Below, piece after piece: positions 1 to 8,660 of a stretch of 24,000 nucleotides of DNA. Source of the stretch: Glutamicibacter phage BIM BV-113; sequence record MZ955870.1; one strand, given 5' to 3'. Each line of letters begins with the position of its first letter. Position 1 is the first letter of the stretch. Under the pieces are notes generated by a model. The model saw only the letters and a program-made list of their open reading frames with translations, did no database searches and had not been told where the DNA came from. The position numbers and the translations under genes were made by a program.

Positions 1-456
1 ATCAATCCCCGGCTCGCCCTTGTCCGCGGCGGCCCGCTGTACAGGGAAAAGCTCGCGCACTTCCGCGGTGGAACTGTCGTCACTGTCGCCCGTGATGCTG
101 GCTTGCTCTTGCCACCACAGCATGTTTTCCGCAGTCTCGCGGATGATCCGCTGTGATGATTCGGGAAGATTGCCGGCGCCTTGCAAGGTCAAATTTGAGG
201 TATCCGTTTCGACGGGTAGGCCGAGTGACGCGGCATAGGCGGATACTACGTCAATTACGCGGACGCCAAGCCCTCGGGCGAGACCGAGGATAACGGCGTT
301 TTCTTTTGGCCAGCTTAGGACTGGGCGGTTTATCAGGCGATCAAGGTTGGCGCGAGTAGGGACCCCGCCGCAGGCCTTGGATAAGGACTCCAAGCTGCGG
401 TCTCCGCGCTTGTTGAGGATTAGATCGCGAATGCCTTGGTTTGGGTTCGTGTTCAT
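1..456 (-). CDS. Putative phage immunity repressor (HTH-like), truncated at left window edge
   Basis: Reverse-strand reading from ATG (454-456) is open to base 1 (152 codons, absent from the ORF track because it runs off the edge): MNTNPNQGIRDLILNKRGDRSLESLSKACGGVPTRANLDRLINRPVLSWPKENAVILGLARGLGVRVIDVV... HTH-like N-terminus; divergent from an XRE-like gene across a region of repeated motifs. Confidence 0.7.
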   Translation of the reverse strand, partial: MNTNPNQGIRDLILNKRGDRSLESLSKACGGVPTRANLDRLINRPVLSWPKENAVILGLARGLGVRVIDVVSAYAASLGLPVETDTSNLTLQGAGNLPESSQRIIRETAENMLWWQEQASITGDSDDSSTAEVRELFPVQRAAADKGEPGID

Positions 457-510
457 GGTTTGAATCCTCTGCCGGGTTTGCGTTGCGCGCTATCGCACGC
501 TTGTTCTACC

Positions 511-675
511 TGATAACCCCTAATTCTGCCGTAGTTGGCCCTTAGTGATAACCAAATAAACCCTGAAATCTTGCGGATCCGTGACATTTGTCTGAATTTC
601 TAGCAATCAGTGCTTGCATTAGTGATAACCACTAGTGCACAATATTGCTATCAGCAGTTGCAAGAAGTGATAACC
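511..675. promoter_or_regulatory. Candidate operator array in the divergent control region
   Basis: AGTGATAACC occurs exactly at 546-555, 621-630 and 666-675, with a related TGATAACC at 511-518. The copy at 620-634 is a perfect inverted repeat TAGTG-ATAAC-CACTA. Confidence 0.7.
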
Positions 676-689
676 AGAAAGGTTTGCAG

Positions 690-1010
690 ATGTCACCATT
701 CAGAGCAAAACGCAGATGGCAGGAGGGAATGTATATGCGCTTGTCGTCAACCCAGCGACTTCGAACATTCATCTACACAAAAGACGACATGGATGCCTAC
801 CGAAACGGCACACCCATAGACTCTCGAAAAATAACCCAAAGGTCCCTGGCGCGAAGGGCTGAGGTGAGCCAGGCGTTCATTAGCCAGCTCGCCTCCGGGA
901 AAAAGACCAGCTGCAAACCCGAAACCGCCGAACGCATTGCGGAGGTCATCGGAGTTGACGTAACCGTTCTTTTTGACCCAGAAAATGCACTCACTAGTTG
1001 CGTCGCATGA
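690..1010 (+). CDS. XRE/Cro-like helix-turn-helix protein
   Basis: RKITQRSLARRAEVSQAFISQLASGKKTSCKPETAERIAEVIGVDVTVLF is a typical XRE HTH. ATG 690 chosen within ORF 645..1010; later in-frame ATGs are possible. Confidence 0.75.
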   Translation: MSPFRAKRRWQEGMYMRLSSTQRLRTFIYTKDDMDAYRNGTPIDSRKITQRSLARRAEVSQAFISQLASGKKTSCKPETAERIAEVIGVDVTVLFDPENALTSCVA

Positions 1011-1051
1011 CCCTGCTGGTTGCATCCAATAAATAACGAAAGGACACGCCG

Positions 1052-1333
1052 GTGACTGCACAACCAATGGCACTCGAAGACACCACATGGCGCGAAGACG
1101 CAATGGACGTAGTTGAACGCTTGGCCCAGCAGGGCCTGCGGTTTACCGCAGACGACCTCCGCAATGAACTCCGCCCAGCACCACACCAAAACATGGTCGG
1201 ATCAATCTTCACCGCCGCACAGCGACGGGGACTGATCATCAAGGTCGCCAATTCGACAAGCCGGACCAAATCCCGAAACGGCGGGCATCAGTACGAATGG
1301 CTAGGCAGCCAAGCAAGGAGTTTCCATGAGTGA
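1052..1333 (+). CDS. Hypothetical protein, possibly winged-helix-like
   Basis: ORF with GTG start; GLRFTADDLRNELRPAPHQNMVGSIFTAAQRRGLI resembles a small DNA-binding fold; overlaps next gene. Confidence 0.6.
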   Translation: MTAQPMALEDTTWREDAMDVVERLAQQGLRFTADDLRNELRPAPHQNMVGSIFTAAQRRGLIIKVANSTSRTKSRNGGHQYEWLGSQARSFHE

Positions 1334-1520
1334 TTTGACGGTCGAGCAGACAGCCGAAGCGCTGCAGCAGAGTCCGACCATGATTCGTAAGCTTGCCAAC
1401 CGCGGGAAGCTCCCAGGGGCCTACAAGACCGGTCTCGGTGGGCGCACCTCGCCATGGCGCATTCCGCCTAGCGCTCTTGATCGGTTCCGCAAGGGCCAGC
1501 CGCAGGGGTATCGGCCATGA
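1326..1520 (+). CDS. Excisionase-like / MerR-type helix-turn-helix protein
   Basis: LTVEQTAEALQQSPTMIRKLANRGKLPGAYKTG...WRIPPSALDRF matches the HTH_17/excisionase pattern. Confidence 0.7.
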   Translation: MSDLTVEQTAEALQQSPTMIRKLANRGKLPGAYKTGLGGRTSPWRIPPSALDRFRKGQPQGYRP

Positions 1521-1663
1521 GCCGGTGGATGGAACGCAGGGGCTTGAAGCTCACCAGCTTGGGGGAGCGTGTCCTGGTCAGTTTGGCCGGTTTGGGAATC
1601 GTCACTTTGTGTGGCGCTGGATTCCTGTTTGAAGCATTCATCAACACTCAGATCGGGGCATAA
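1517..1663 (+). CDS. Small putative membrane protein (48 aa)
   Basis: Start overlaps preceding stop (ATGA); MSRWMERRGLKLTSLGERVLVSLAGLGIVTLCGAGFLFEAFINTQIGA with one hydrophobic segment. Below the ORF-track length cutoff. Confidence 0.5.
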   Translation: MSRWMERRGLKLTSLGERVLVSLAGLGIVTLCGAGFLFEAFINTQIGA

Positions 1664-1666
1664 GTC

Positions 1667-2512
1667 ATGTCGCTCGTATATACCGACAGCAACCACCGAT
1701 ACAAGCTGGATGGAAAACCAGTCACCGGTGTTACGACCATTCTCGGTGGGGGCATCCCAAAGCCAGCGCTGGTCTGGTGGGCACCAGGCGTTGTGGCCAA
1801 GTTCGTTACCGAACCAGGCAACGCTGGCAAGGTCGCTGAACTGCTTGCGGGGGACCGTGACCAGTCCATCAAGTTCTTGCAGTCCCTCCCGAACAAGGAG
1901 CGCGACAGTGCTGCCGAGCGTGGCACCGAGGTGCACGACCTGGCTGAGAAGCTCGCAACCACTGGCGAAGTGGACGCACCTGAAGAGCTTGTCGGCTTTA
2001 TCGAGGGTTATTTGGACTTCCTTGACCGCTGGCAGATCACCCCAGTCCTGGTGGAAGTCGTGCTGGCGAATCGTAAGCACTGGTACTCGGGCAAGGTCGA
2101 TTTGCTTGCTACATCGCCTTTACTCATGTCGGCGGCTGACATCGCGGCCGGCAAGGTCATCCAGATCGACTTGAAGACCAGCAAGGGAGTGTATATGGAA
2201 ACCGCTCTGCAGACCGCAGCTTATGCCCGTGCTGAGTTCTACATGGACGAGGGAAAGGAAGTTCCCATGCCGGAAGTCATCAAGAACTTCGTTGCACACG
2301 TCACCCCCTTGGACCGCGAGGGCATCAATGAACGGTACGAAGGTTCACCATTGGGCACCAGCCTCTACCCGCTGGCTACGTCCCCGGCGGAGATCGACGA
2401 GCACTTCCAGCAGTTCCTGCACGCCAAGGCTGTCCACGAGGACGCGAAAGCCCGCGGCAAGAAGAAGCTCGAACCCATCAACCCACCAACCGAAATGAAG
2501 GTCGCAGCATGA
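1667..2512 (+). CDS. PD-(D/E)XK (RecB/Cas4-like) exonuclease
   Basis: VTTILGGGIPKPALVWWA, GTEVHDLAEKL, VLANRKHWYSGKVDLLA and QIDLKTSKG...ALQTAAYA are nuclease core motifs; upstream of a RecT-like gene. Confidence 0.75.
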   Translation: MSLVYTDSNHRYKLDGKPVTGVTTILGGGIPKPALVWWAPGVVAKFVTEPGNAGKVAELLAGDRDQSIKFLQSLPNKERDSAAERGTEVHDLAEKLATTGEVDAPEELVGFIEGYLDFLDRWQITPVLVEVVLANRKHWYSGKVDLLATSPLLMSAADIAAGKVIQIDLKTSKGVYMETALQTAAYARAEFYMDEGKEVPMPEVIKNFVAHVTPLDREGINERYEGSPLGTSLYPLATSPAEIDEHFQQFLHAKAVHEDAKARGKKKLEPINPPTEMKVAA

Positions 2513-2748
2513 GCGCATACAAGTTCGAATGCGAGATCCAGAAAAGCGAGCTCGAACTCTACTACGAGGACGAAGCTATCGCAGTCGACATGGGTCCGAC
2601 CGATGAAAGTCGGATGTGGGGGAAGATCCCGAAGCTGGAGCGCCCAAGCTTCGAGGTCATCATCCCCGTCGAGAACGCTGAACACCTGGTCATCGCTTTA
2701 CAAGACATGATCACCGAAATCCGGGCGCGCCAAACCCGCGCCGCCTAA
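2509..2748 (+). CDS. Hypothetical protein
   Basis: 79 aa ORF, ATGA overlap with exonuclease gene. Confidence 0.6.
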   Translation: MSAYKFECEIQKSELELYYEDEAIAVDMGPTDESRMWGKIPKLERPSFEVIIPVENAEHLVIALQDMITEIRARQTRAA

Positions 2749-2768
2749 CCACCAGAAGGAGTCAAACA

Positions 2769-3635
2769 ATGAGCATCCAGCCATTCAACCCCGCAGGCGA
2801 AGTCGCCACCCAGACCAACCTCCCGACCAGCACTGGCACCATCCAGCTCGCAGAGTGGGCCGCCGAGCTGGGCGCCGCGCACAAGCTCGGAACCGCCCTG
2901 TGCAAGACCGCTTTCGTCCCCAAGGACTTCATGGGGAAACCGGAAGCCGCAGCAGCTGCGATCCTCGCCGGCAAGAGCCTGGGCCTTGACCCGATGAACG
3001 CACTGTCGAACATCTTCGTTGTCCACGGCCGCCCAGCCTTGTATGCCCGGACGATGACCGCGCTGGTCATGGCTCAGGGGCATGAAGTTGTCCGCACGGA
3101 AGCCACCCCAGAATCGGTGACTGTGGCCGGCCGCCGCAAGGGGCAGGAGCGCTGGCAGGAATTCACCTGGACTATTGCCCGGGCCAAGACCGCCGGGTAC
3201 ACCAGCAACAGCAAGTACCAGTCCGACCCGATTGCAATGCTGACCGCGAAAGCACTGGCAGAAGCTTGCCGAACCATTGCGCCAGACGTTCTTGCCGGTA
3301 TGCCGTACAGCGCCGAGGAAATGGAGCTGGAAGACATGGGCGAGAAGCCGCAGGCCCCGGAGCCTGTGAAGACCCAGAAAATTACCCGCAAGCCTGCGCA
3401 GAAGAAGTCCGAGGCCGTGGAGCGCCCGGAGCCAGAACCAGTGGCCGACGTAGTCACTGGTGAAGTTCAGGACGACGGGCCAGCCGCAGTGTTGGAAACC
3501 GACTGGGAAGCCGAACTGGCCGCTGCTAGCGGAAGCCGCGACTCACTGATCGAACTGTGGAACCGTGCCGTGGCCGAGGGCGCACCGCAGGAAATGGTGT
3601 CCCGCATCGTCGATGCCGGATCCAAGTTCGCCTAA
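2769..3635 (+). CDS. RecT-like single-strand annealing protein
   Basis: LCKTAFVPKDFMGKPEAAAAAILAGKSLGLDPMNALSNIFVVHGRPALYARTMTALV...ARTAGY-like region and SDPIAMLTAKALAEACRTIAPDVLAGMPYSAEE resemble phage RecT proteins; RBS ggagtcaaacaATG. Confidence 0.8.
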   Translation: MSIQPFNPAGEVATQTNLPTSTGTIQLAEWAAELGAAHKLGTALCKTAFVPKDFMGKPEAAAAAILAGKSLGLDPMNALSNIFVVHGRPALYARTMTALVMAQGHEVVRTEATPESVTVAGRRKGQERWQEFTWTIARAKTAGYTSNSKYQSDPIAMLTAKALAEACRTIAPDVLAGMPYSAEEMELEDMGEKPQAPEPVKTQKITRKPAQKKSEAVERPEPEPVADVVTGEVQDDGPAAVLETDWEAELAAASGSRDSLIELWNRAVAEGAPQEMVSRIVDAGSKFA

Positions 3636-3656
3636 CCGCAACACCTAACAAAACCC

Positions 3657-3691
3657 GGTGGGTGCCCAGCCTTGGGGGCGGGACACCCACC
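3657..3691 (+). terminator. Intercistronic hairpin (possible attenuator/terminator)
   Basis: Perfect 8 bp inverted repeat GGTGGGTG (3657-3664) / CACCCACC (3684-3691) between recT-like and ATPase genes; no U-tract. Confidence 0.4.
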
Positions 3692-3715
3692 AACAACAAG
3701 TAGGAGTCAAACATC

Positions 3716-4924
3716 ATGAAGGTCATCAGCCTCACCACCACGAACTACAAGCGTGCCAAGCACGTTGAAATCAAGCCAGACCCGGACGGCAACCTGGTCA
3801 TCGTTGCTGGGAAGAATGGGCAGGGCAAGTCGAGTGTTCTGGACAGCATCGCTGCAGCCCTGGGCGGCGCCAACAGCAAGACCACACCTAAGCCGATCCG
3901 CGACGGCGAGGACCGCGCCGAAATCGTCCTTGAAACTGAGGAACTGACCGTCACCCGGGTCTTCACCCCATCCGGTTCACGCCTGACTTTGACCAGCAAG
4001 GACGGGGCCAAGTATCCGAAGGCCCAGGCGAAGCTCGACGAACTGGTCGGCAACCTGTCCATGGATCCGCTTGCATTCACCCTCCTGGACGATAAGAAGC
4101 AGCTGGCCCAGTTGCTCGATCTGGTAGACCTGCCATTCGACCCTGACCAATTGGAAGCTGAACGCAAGCAGGTGTTCGACGACCGCACCGCAGTGAACCG
4201 CCGGGTAAAGGAATTCGAATCCGCGCTGGCCCAGTTCGGCGAATTGCCGGAGGGTCTACCAACCGCCGAGGTGTCTGTCTCTGAGCTACTGGGGGAGTAC
4301 CGAGCAGGCGTGGACAACAATGAGTCCTACTCGCGAGCACACACTGCCGCTGAGAACGCTTGGAACCGAATCACTCAGCTTCGTGCAGAACTTGAAAAAG
4401 CTGAGAAGGCTGCTCGCGAGGCACAGGAAAACCTGGATCTGCACAGCAAGCCAATCGATCTGACCCAGATCCAATCGAAGATCGACGGGGCGGAAGAGAC
4501 GAATCGTCTCGTGCGCAAGGCTCAGGAGCGCGGGGCGCTGTCCTTCCAGTACGAAGCAGCCCGGGGGCAAGCGAACCAGCTCACTGCGAAGCTGGATCAG
4601 ATCGCCAAGACCAAGGCCGACGGGCTCGCATCAGCTCAGTTCCCGGTCGACGGGCTGGGCTTCACCGAGGAAGGCGTCAGCTACCAGGGCGTGCCATTCA
4701 AGCAGGCATCCAGCGCCGAACAGATCCGGGTGTCCATGGCGATGGCCATCGCATTGAACCCGAAGCTCAAGGTCATCCGCATCCAGGACGGTTCCCTGCT
4801 GGACGCGGACAGCCTCGCCCGGATCGAAGCAACAGCGCATGAGCACGGTTACCAGATCTGGCTCGAAGTAGTCGGAGACGACATTGAAGACGCATACACC
4901 ATCATCGACGGAGAGGTGGCCTAA
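3716..4924 (+). CDS. AAA/SMC-RecF-Rad50-like ATPase
   Basis: N-terminal Walker [21 protein letters not shown], central coiled-coil-like region, C-terminal [30 protein letters not shown]. Confidence 0.75.
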   Translation: MKVISLTTTNYKRAKHVEIKPDPDGNLVIVAGKNGQGKSSVLDSIAAALGGANSKTTPKPIRDGEDRAEIVLETEELTVTRVFTPSGSRLTLTSKDGAKYPKAQAKLDELVGNLSMDPLAFTLLDDKKQLAQLLDLVDLPFDPDQLEAERKQVFDDRTAVNRRVKEFESALAQFGELPEGLPTAEVSVSELLGEYRAGVDNNESYSRAHTAAENAWNRITQLRAELEKAEKAAREAQENLDLHSKPIDLTQIQSKIDGAEETNRLVRKAQERGALSFQYEAARGQANQLTAKLDQIAKTKADGLASAQFPVDGLGFTEEGVSYQGVPFKQASSAEQIRVSMAMAIALNPKLKVIRIQDGSLLDADSLARIEATAHEHGYQIWLEVVGDDIEDAYTIIDGEVA

Positions 4925-4926
4925 CC

Positions 4927-5409
4927 ATGGCCGGCGAAACCCTAATCACTGTCATCGGCAACCTGACCGCCGATCCGGAGCTGCGTTTCACGCCGTCCGG
5001 CAGCGCAGTTGCGAACTTCACGATCGCTTCGACTCCTCGCACCTTTGACCGCCAGTCGAACGAGTGGAAGGACGGGGAAGCCCTGTTCTTGCGCGCATCG
5101 GTATGGCGCGAAGCTGCGGAGAACGTTGCCGAAACTCTGACCAAAGGCATGCGAGTCATCGCCCAGGGCTTCCTGAAATCCCGCTCGTACGACACCAAAG
5201 AAGGCGAACGCCGAACCGTCATGGAGCTGGAAGTCCAAGAGATCGGCCCGTCGCTACGGTATGCATCCGCCAAGGTCACCCGCACAGCACGAGGCAACGG
5301 TGAAGGAGCTGCAGGTCGCGCACCAAACAGCAACAGCGGCTCTGGCTGGAACAACAACACTGGTAGCGGGGGATGGGGCAACCCACCTGCACAGGACCCA
5401 CCGTTCTAA
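4927..5409 (+). CDS. ssb: Single-stranded DNA-binding protein
   Basis: [78 protein letters not shown] plus Gly/Asn-rich tail ending in acidic/PF tip DPPF. Confidence 0.95.
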   Translation: MAGETLITVIGNLTADPELRFTPSGSAVANFTIASTPRTFDRQSNEWKDGEALFLRASVWREAAENVAETLTKGMRVIAQGFLKSRSYDTKEGERRTVMELEVQEIGPSLRYASAKVTRTARGNGEGAAGRAPNSNSGSGWNNNTGSGGWGNPPAQDPPF

Positions 5410-5413
5410 CACA

Positions 5414-5551
5414 ATGGCAACGCTAATCGTCTGCCCACGCTGTAAACGACCTGCAGCCAACCATTCAACCCCGCATTGCAGGAAGCGTTTATGCGGGTGG
5501 CTTGTCTGCAAGAAGTGCTCTCTCACCTATGAGATCCCACCAAAGAAATAA
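5414..5551 (+). CDS. Small zinc-ribbon-like protein (45 aa)
   Basis: MATLIVCPRCKRPAANHSTPHCRKRLCGWLVCKKCSLTYEIPPKK; CxxC pairs; internal start within ORF 5261..5551. Confidence 0.6.
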   Translation: MATLIVCPRCKRPAANHSTPHCRKRLCGWLVCKKCSLTYEIPPKK

Positions 5552-5568
5552 CCCGCAGTAAACACCCC

Positions 5569-5602
5569 GGGTGGCCTGGCCAGCAGTCGGACCAGGCCAC
5601 CC
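5569..5602 (+). terminator. Strong intercistronic hairpin
   Basis: Perfect 11 bp inverted repeat GGGTGGCCTGG (5569-5579) / CCAGGCCACCC (5592-5602), 12 nt loop, no U-tract. Confidence 0.5.
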
Positions 5603-5630
5603 CGCACCACACCAATCATTAGGAGAAATC

Positions 5631-5918
5631 ATGCCCATCGTCACCGTATACACCACCCAAAACTGCCAGCAATGCCGAGGAACCAAGCGGGCCCTAGACA
5701 AGGCCGGCGCCGAATACGAAACCATCGAAGCAGACGCCAAGAACGCACATGATCTAGCCGACGCAATCCGCAGCAGGGCAGACGAACTAGGCGTCCCTGC
5801 CACCATGCCATACGTCACTGTCTACGACATCCACAACACCCTGATCGCTGACTGGTTCGGATTCCAGCCAGGCAAGATCACCGACTACGCGCTGGTGCGA
5901 GACGAGGACGCAGCGTAA
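5631..5918 (+). CDS. Glutaredoxin/NrdH-like protein
   Basis: MPIVTVYTTQNCQQCRGTKRALDKAGAEYETIEAD with CxxC redox motif; RBS aggagaaatcATG. Confidence 0.8.
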   Translation: MPIVTVYTTQNCQQCRGTKRALDKAGAEYETIEADAKNAHDLADAIRSRADELGVPATMPYVTVYDIHNTLIADWFGFQPGKITDYALVRDEDAA

Positions 5919-6283
5919 TGAGTGTCTTCCAAGCTGTATGGCCAGTAATCGACCCAACCATCTCGCCTGAAGACCTGATAGCAGAAGCTATCGAGGATCT
6001 GCCGAAGGTTGCGCGCCGTCACAGTTACATCACTATCGGTGAGCCGAAGGTTGAAATCCTGTCAGGCGCGGACATTCCTGGCGCGGGAGGGGCATCGCTT
6101 GTGGTGGTTGCCGAATCGCCTGTGCTGGACCCGGCGCCGATTCAAGTTCTTGAAACAAAGTTCGCTCGTGAATGTGGCCGGTGTGGCCTGGAGACCAATG
6201 GCCACGGACGCACCGGAGAGTACTACTGCAAGGACTGCAAGCGATTCGCGAAGGCCGAAGGCTGGCTGGAGAAAGCATCATGA
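5918..6283 (+). CDS. Hypothetical protein with C-terminal CxxC...CxxC zinc-finger-like motif
   Basis: ARECGRCGLETNGHGRTGEYYCKDCKRFAKAEGW. Confidence 0.6.
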   Translation: MSVFQAVWPVIDPTISPEDLIAEAIEDLPKVARRHSYITIGEPKVEILSGADIPGAGGASLVVVAESPVLDPAPIQVLETKFARECGRCGLETNGHGRTGEYYCKDCKRFAKAEGWLEKAS

Positions 6284-6765
6284 CTGTGTTGCCACCGGTT
6301 TTAGATCCGGCATCAGGGAGCAGGATGTTCTACTTCGACCCGGAAGATGACCGCGTACTATTCGGTGATATTCGCAGCGAGGAACATGTGCTTTGCGACG
6401 GGCGGGCGTTAAACATCAACCCGGACGCGTACACGGATTTCCGAGACCTGCCATTCCCAGACGAATCTTTCCGAGTTGTCGTTTTTGACCCGCCGCATCT
6501 GGAGAATGCTGGGCCGAACTCGTGGCTAGCAGCCAAGTATGGACGGCTCAACAAGGAAACCTGGCGTGAGGATTTGCGCGCCGGATTCGCTGAGTGTTTC
6601 CGAGTGCTCATGCCCGAGGGCGTTCTGATTTTCAAATGGAACGAGACGCAGATCAAAGTCCGGGAGATTCTGGCGCTCACTGATCAAAAACCGCTTGTAG
6701 GGCATATGTCCGGCAAGGCGATGAACACCCATTGGATCACTTTCATGAAGGGAACTGGATCATGA
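6280..6765 (+). CDS. Class I SAM-dependent (DNA) methyltransferase-like
   Basis: LDPASGSRMFYFD, DFRDLPFPDESFRVVVFDPPHLENAG; DPPH catalytic-type motif; C-terminal LMPEGVLIFKWNETQIK. Start ATG 6280 inside ORF 6172..6765. Confidence 0.75.
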   Translation: MTVLPPVLDPASGSRMFYFDPEDDRVLFGDIRSEEHVLCDGRALNINPDAYTDFRDLPFPDESFRVVVFDPPHLENAGPNSWLAAKYGRLNKETWREDLRAGFAECFRVLMPEGVLIFKWNETQIKVREILALTDQKPLVGHMSGKAMNTHWITFMKGTGS

Positions 6766-6926
6766 GCGCCTGCAAGAAATCCTGCTGCTGGACACCGTTC
6801 CAAGTTTGCGCGACCAAGAAGGAATGCGGTTGCCACACGAGTGAGAACTCGATATTCGACCGGCTAACGACACCAGAAATTGACCGCGCAAACTCGGTGC
6901 TACAGATGAAAGGACAACGGCGATGA
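6762..6926 (+). CDS. Small Cys-rich protein (54 aa)
   Basis: MSACKKSCCWTPFQVCATKKECGCHTSENS; ATGA overlap. Confidence 0.6.
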   Translation: MSACKKSCCWTPFQVCATKKECGCHTSENSIFDRLTTPEIDRANSVLQMKGQRR

Positions 6927-7816
6927 AAGCCAATCAAGTGCTACAAGCGCTGAAGCATGACCTGATCCGCGATGACCATTTCCCCGGCGGACTGTTCTAC
7001 GCGGAGCTGCAGGCACCCAGCGCTGACAGGCGCATCGACGCCCTGTGGGTGGAGAAGTTCAGCGGTAAGGTTATCGGCTACGAAATCAAGGTGACGCGGC
7101 AAGACCTCTTGGCTGAGCTGGCGCAGCCGGAGAAGTGCGACCCGTGGAAACGTTATTGCGACCATTGGTGGCTGGCCGTGGGTGACCCGTCCCTGGTGGC
7201 AGGGCTGGAAGATCAGATTCCGGAGGACTGGGGAATTTGCACCCCGCCGACGGCTGCGAACCGGCGCAAAATGACGGTTCTGCGACCGGCCTCGAAACTA
7301 ACCCCAGTGGACAAGACCCCGCTCCTGGGGAAGATCGCGGGCGTGGTTGGCCGGGACGTTGCTGAAGCGCATATGCGGAAACGCAATGCTGAATCTCACG
7401 AGGAACGTTTATGTGCCGACATTCGTCAAATGCAAGCCGCCTTGAGGCAAGCCGGCGCCACCAAGGAAAGCATGAACATTGGCGACCTAGTGCGCCGTGC
7501 CCTGGACATAGCCAACGACAAACTAGTCCACCCCAGCCTCTTCAACAGCTATAACCTGTCCAGCGAGGAGGGCATGTCAGAAGAAGCGGAGAACTTGGCG
7601 CAGGTACTGATGCATGCACACCTGGCCATTGAGCTGGACAAGGACCTACTCCGAGAAGCCAAATACCGGTCTGAAGCAGTTGATCGAGCACTGAAAGCAG
7701 CGGTGAAACCACTGCGAGATGACTGGCGCGCAGGAAGCCTGCTGAAGAAGGTGGACGCACTGCTGGCAGAGCGCCCCTCACCAGTCGAAGAAACTTTGTT
7801 CGAGGTGGAAGCATGA
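6923..7816 (+). CDS. MmcB-like / PD-(D/E)XK-fold protein
   Basis: FYAELQAPSADRRIDALWVEKFSGKVIGYEIKVTRQDLLAELAQPEK...CDHWWLAVGD; D-(11 aa)-ExK core. Confidence 0.65.
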   Translation: MKANQVLQALKHDLIRDDHFPGGLFYAELQAPSADRRIDALWVEKFSGKVIGYEIKVTRQDLLAELAQPEKCDPWKRYCDHWWLAVGDPSLVAGLEDQIPEDWGICTPPTAANRRKMTVLRPASKLTPVDKTPLLGKIAGVVGRDVAEAHMRKRNAESHEERLCADIRQMQAALRQAGATKESMNIGDLVRRALDIANDKLVHPSLFNSYNLSSEEGMSEEAENLAQVLMHAHLAIELDKDLLREAKYRSEAVDRALKAAVKPLRDDWRAGSLLKKVDALLAERPSPVEETLFEVEA

Positions 7817-8457
7817 CCATCCTTGACGGACAAACAGACATCTTCGACCTGCTGGAAGCGGAGACGCAAGGCACCATGTCGGCACGCCTACCGGCCACAT
7901 TGGGCAACGTGGGAACGTTCATGAACCCCGGCGACCTGGAAGCGATGTTCAACGCGAGGGAAGCTCACTACCAAGAGTTCAACGTGATGAAACGCAACTG
8001 GAAACCGTACCGCGGCTGGGAAATTAGCACGCAATCCGGCAAAGGCTCGGACCATCTTGCCGGTTGCTACAGTGCGGAACTCAGGTGCCGTCACTTTGGT
8101 GAAAAGAAATGCTACTGCGTGAGCATGCGTGTCTACAGGGTCTACTGCCACGGATGCGAATCATGGACCGGGATCTGCGACAACGAGAACGAAGCATGGG
8201 AAGCACATCTCGACGAATGCTGGGCCGGCTGGCGGGACCTGCCCATTCTCGAATCCAAGACAGTCGGGTACTCATACAAATTCAACTACCCAGAGGGGTA
8301 TCCAAAAGAGTTCATGCGCCCAGGCGCTCCGGTCCGTGACTGCCGGGGGAACACTAAGTACGCGACAAGACACGTGCCCGGAGCGGATCCTTTCGGCGGC
8401 ATCAAAGTTGCGGTCATCCAAGACTGCAAACAGCACAACCAGAAGGGCGAGAAATGA
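7813..8457 (+). CDS. Hypothetical Cys/Trp-rich protein
   Basis: 214 aa ORF with YRVYCHGCESWTGICDNENEAWEAHLDECWAGWRDLP. Confidence 0.65.
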   Translation: MTILDGQTDIFDLLEAETQGTMSARLPATLGNVGTFMNPGDLEAMFNAREAHYQEFNVMKRNWKPYRGWEISTQSGKGSDHLAGCYSAELRCRHFGEKKCYCVSMRVYRVYCHGCESWTGICDNENEAWEAHLDECWAGWRDLPILESKTVGYSYKFNYPEGYPKEFMRPGAPVRDCRGNTKYATRHVPGADPFGGIKVAVIQDCKQHNQKGEK

Positions 8458-8660
8458 CCGCGCAAACGCATCCGCATTGCTCCCCACGACCTCTCTGCCC
8501 GGATCCGTACTGCGGGAAGGTTTGGGCGCCGGACAAGCGCACAGCTAAGCAGATACGTGCTGAAATCATCGCTGAAAAAGGCTCAACCGCCGAACACGTC
8601 CGCTACTACGAACACGCGGGCGGCTGGCACTGGACACGACAAATAAGGAAGGCAAAATGA
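8454..8660 (+). CDS. Hypothetical protein
   Basis: 68 aa, ATGA overlap with both neighbours. Confidence 0.6.
   Translation: MTAQTHPHCSPRPLCPDPYCGKVWAPDKRTAKQIRAEIIAEKGSTAEHVRYYEHAGGWHWTRQIRKAK

Noticed and set aside
20-238. Plus-strand ORF of 72 aa at the left edge
   Set aside because: Lies antisense to the better-supported repressor-like reading frame that is open across 1-456; no RBS or domain pattern.
1421-2080. 219-aa minus-strand ORF
   Set aside because: Antisense shadow of the membrane-protein and exonuclease genes in high-GC DNA; amino-acid composition not protein-like.
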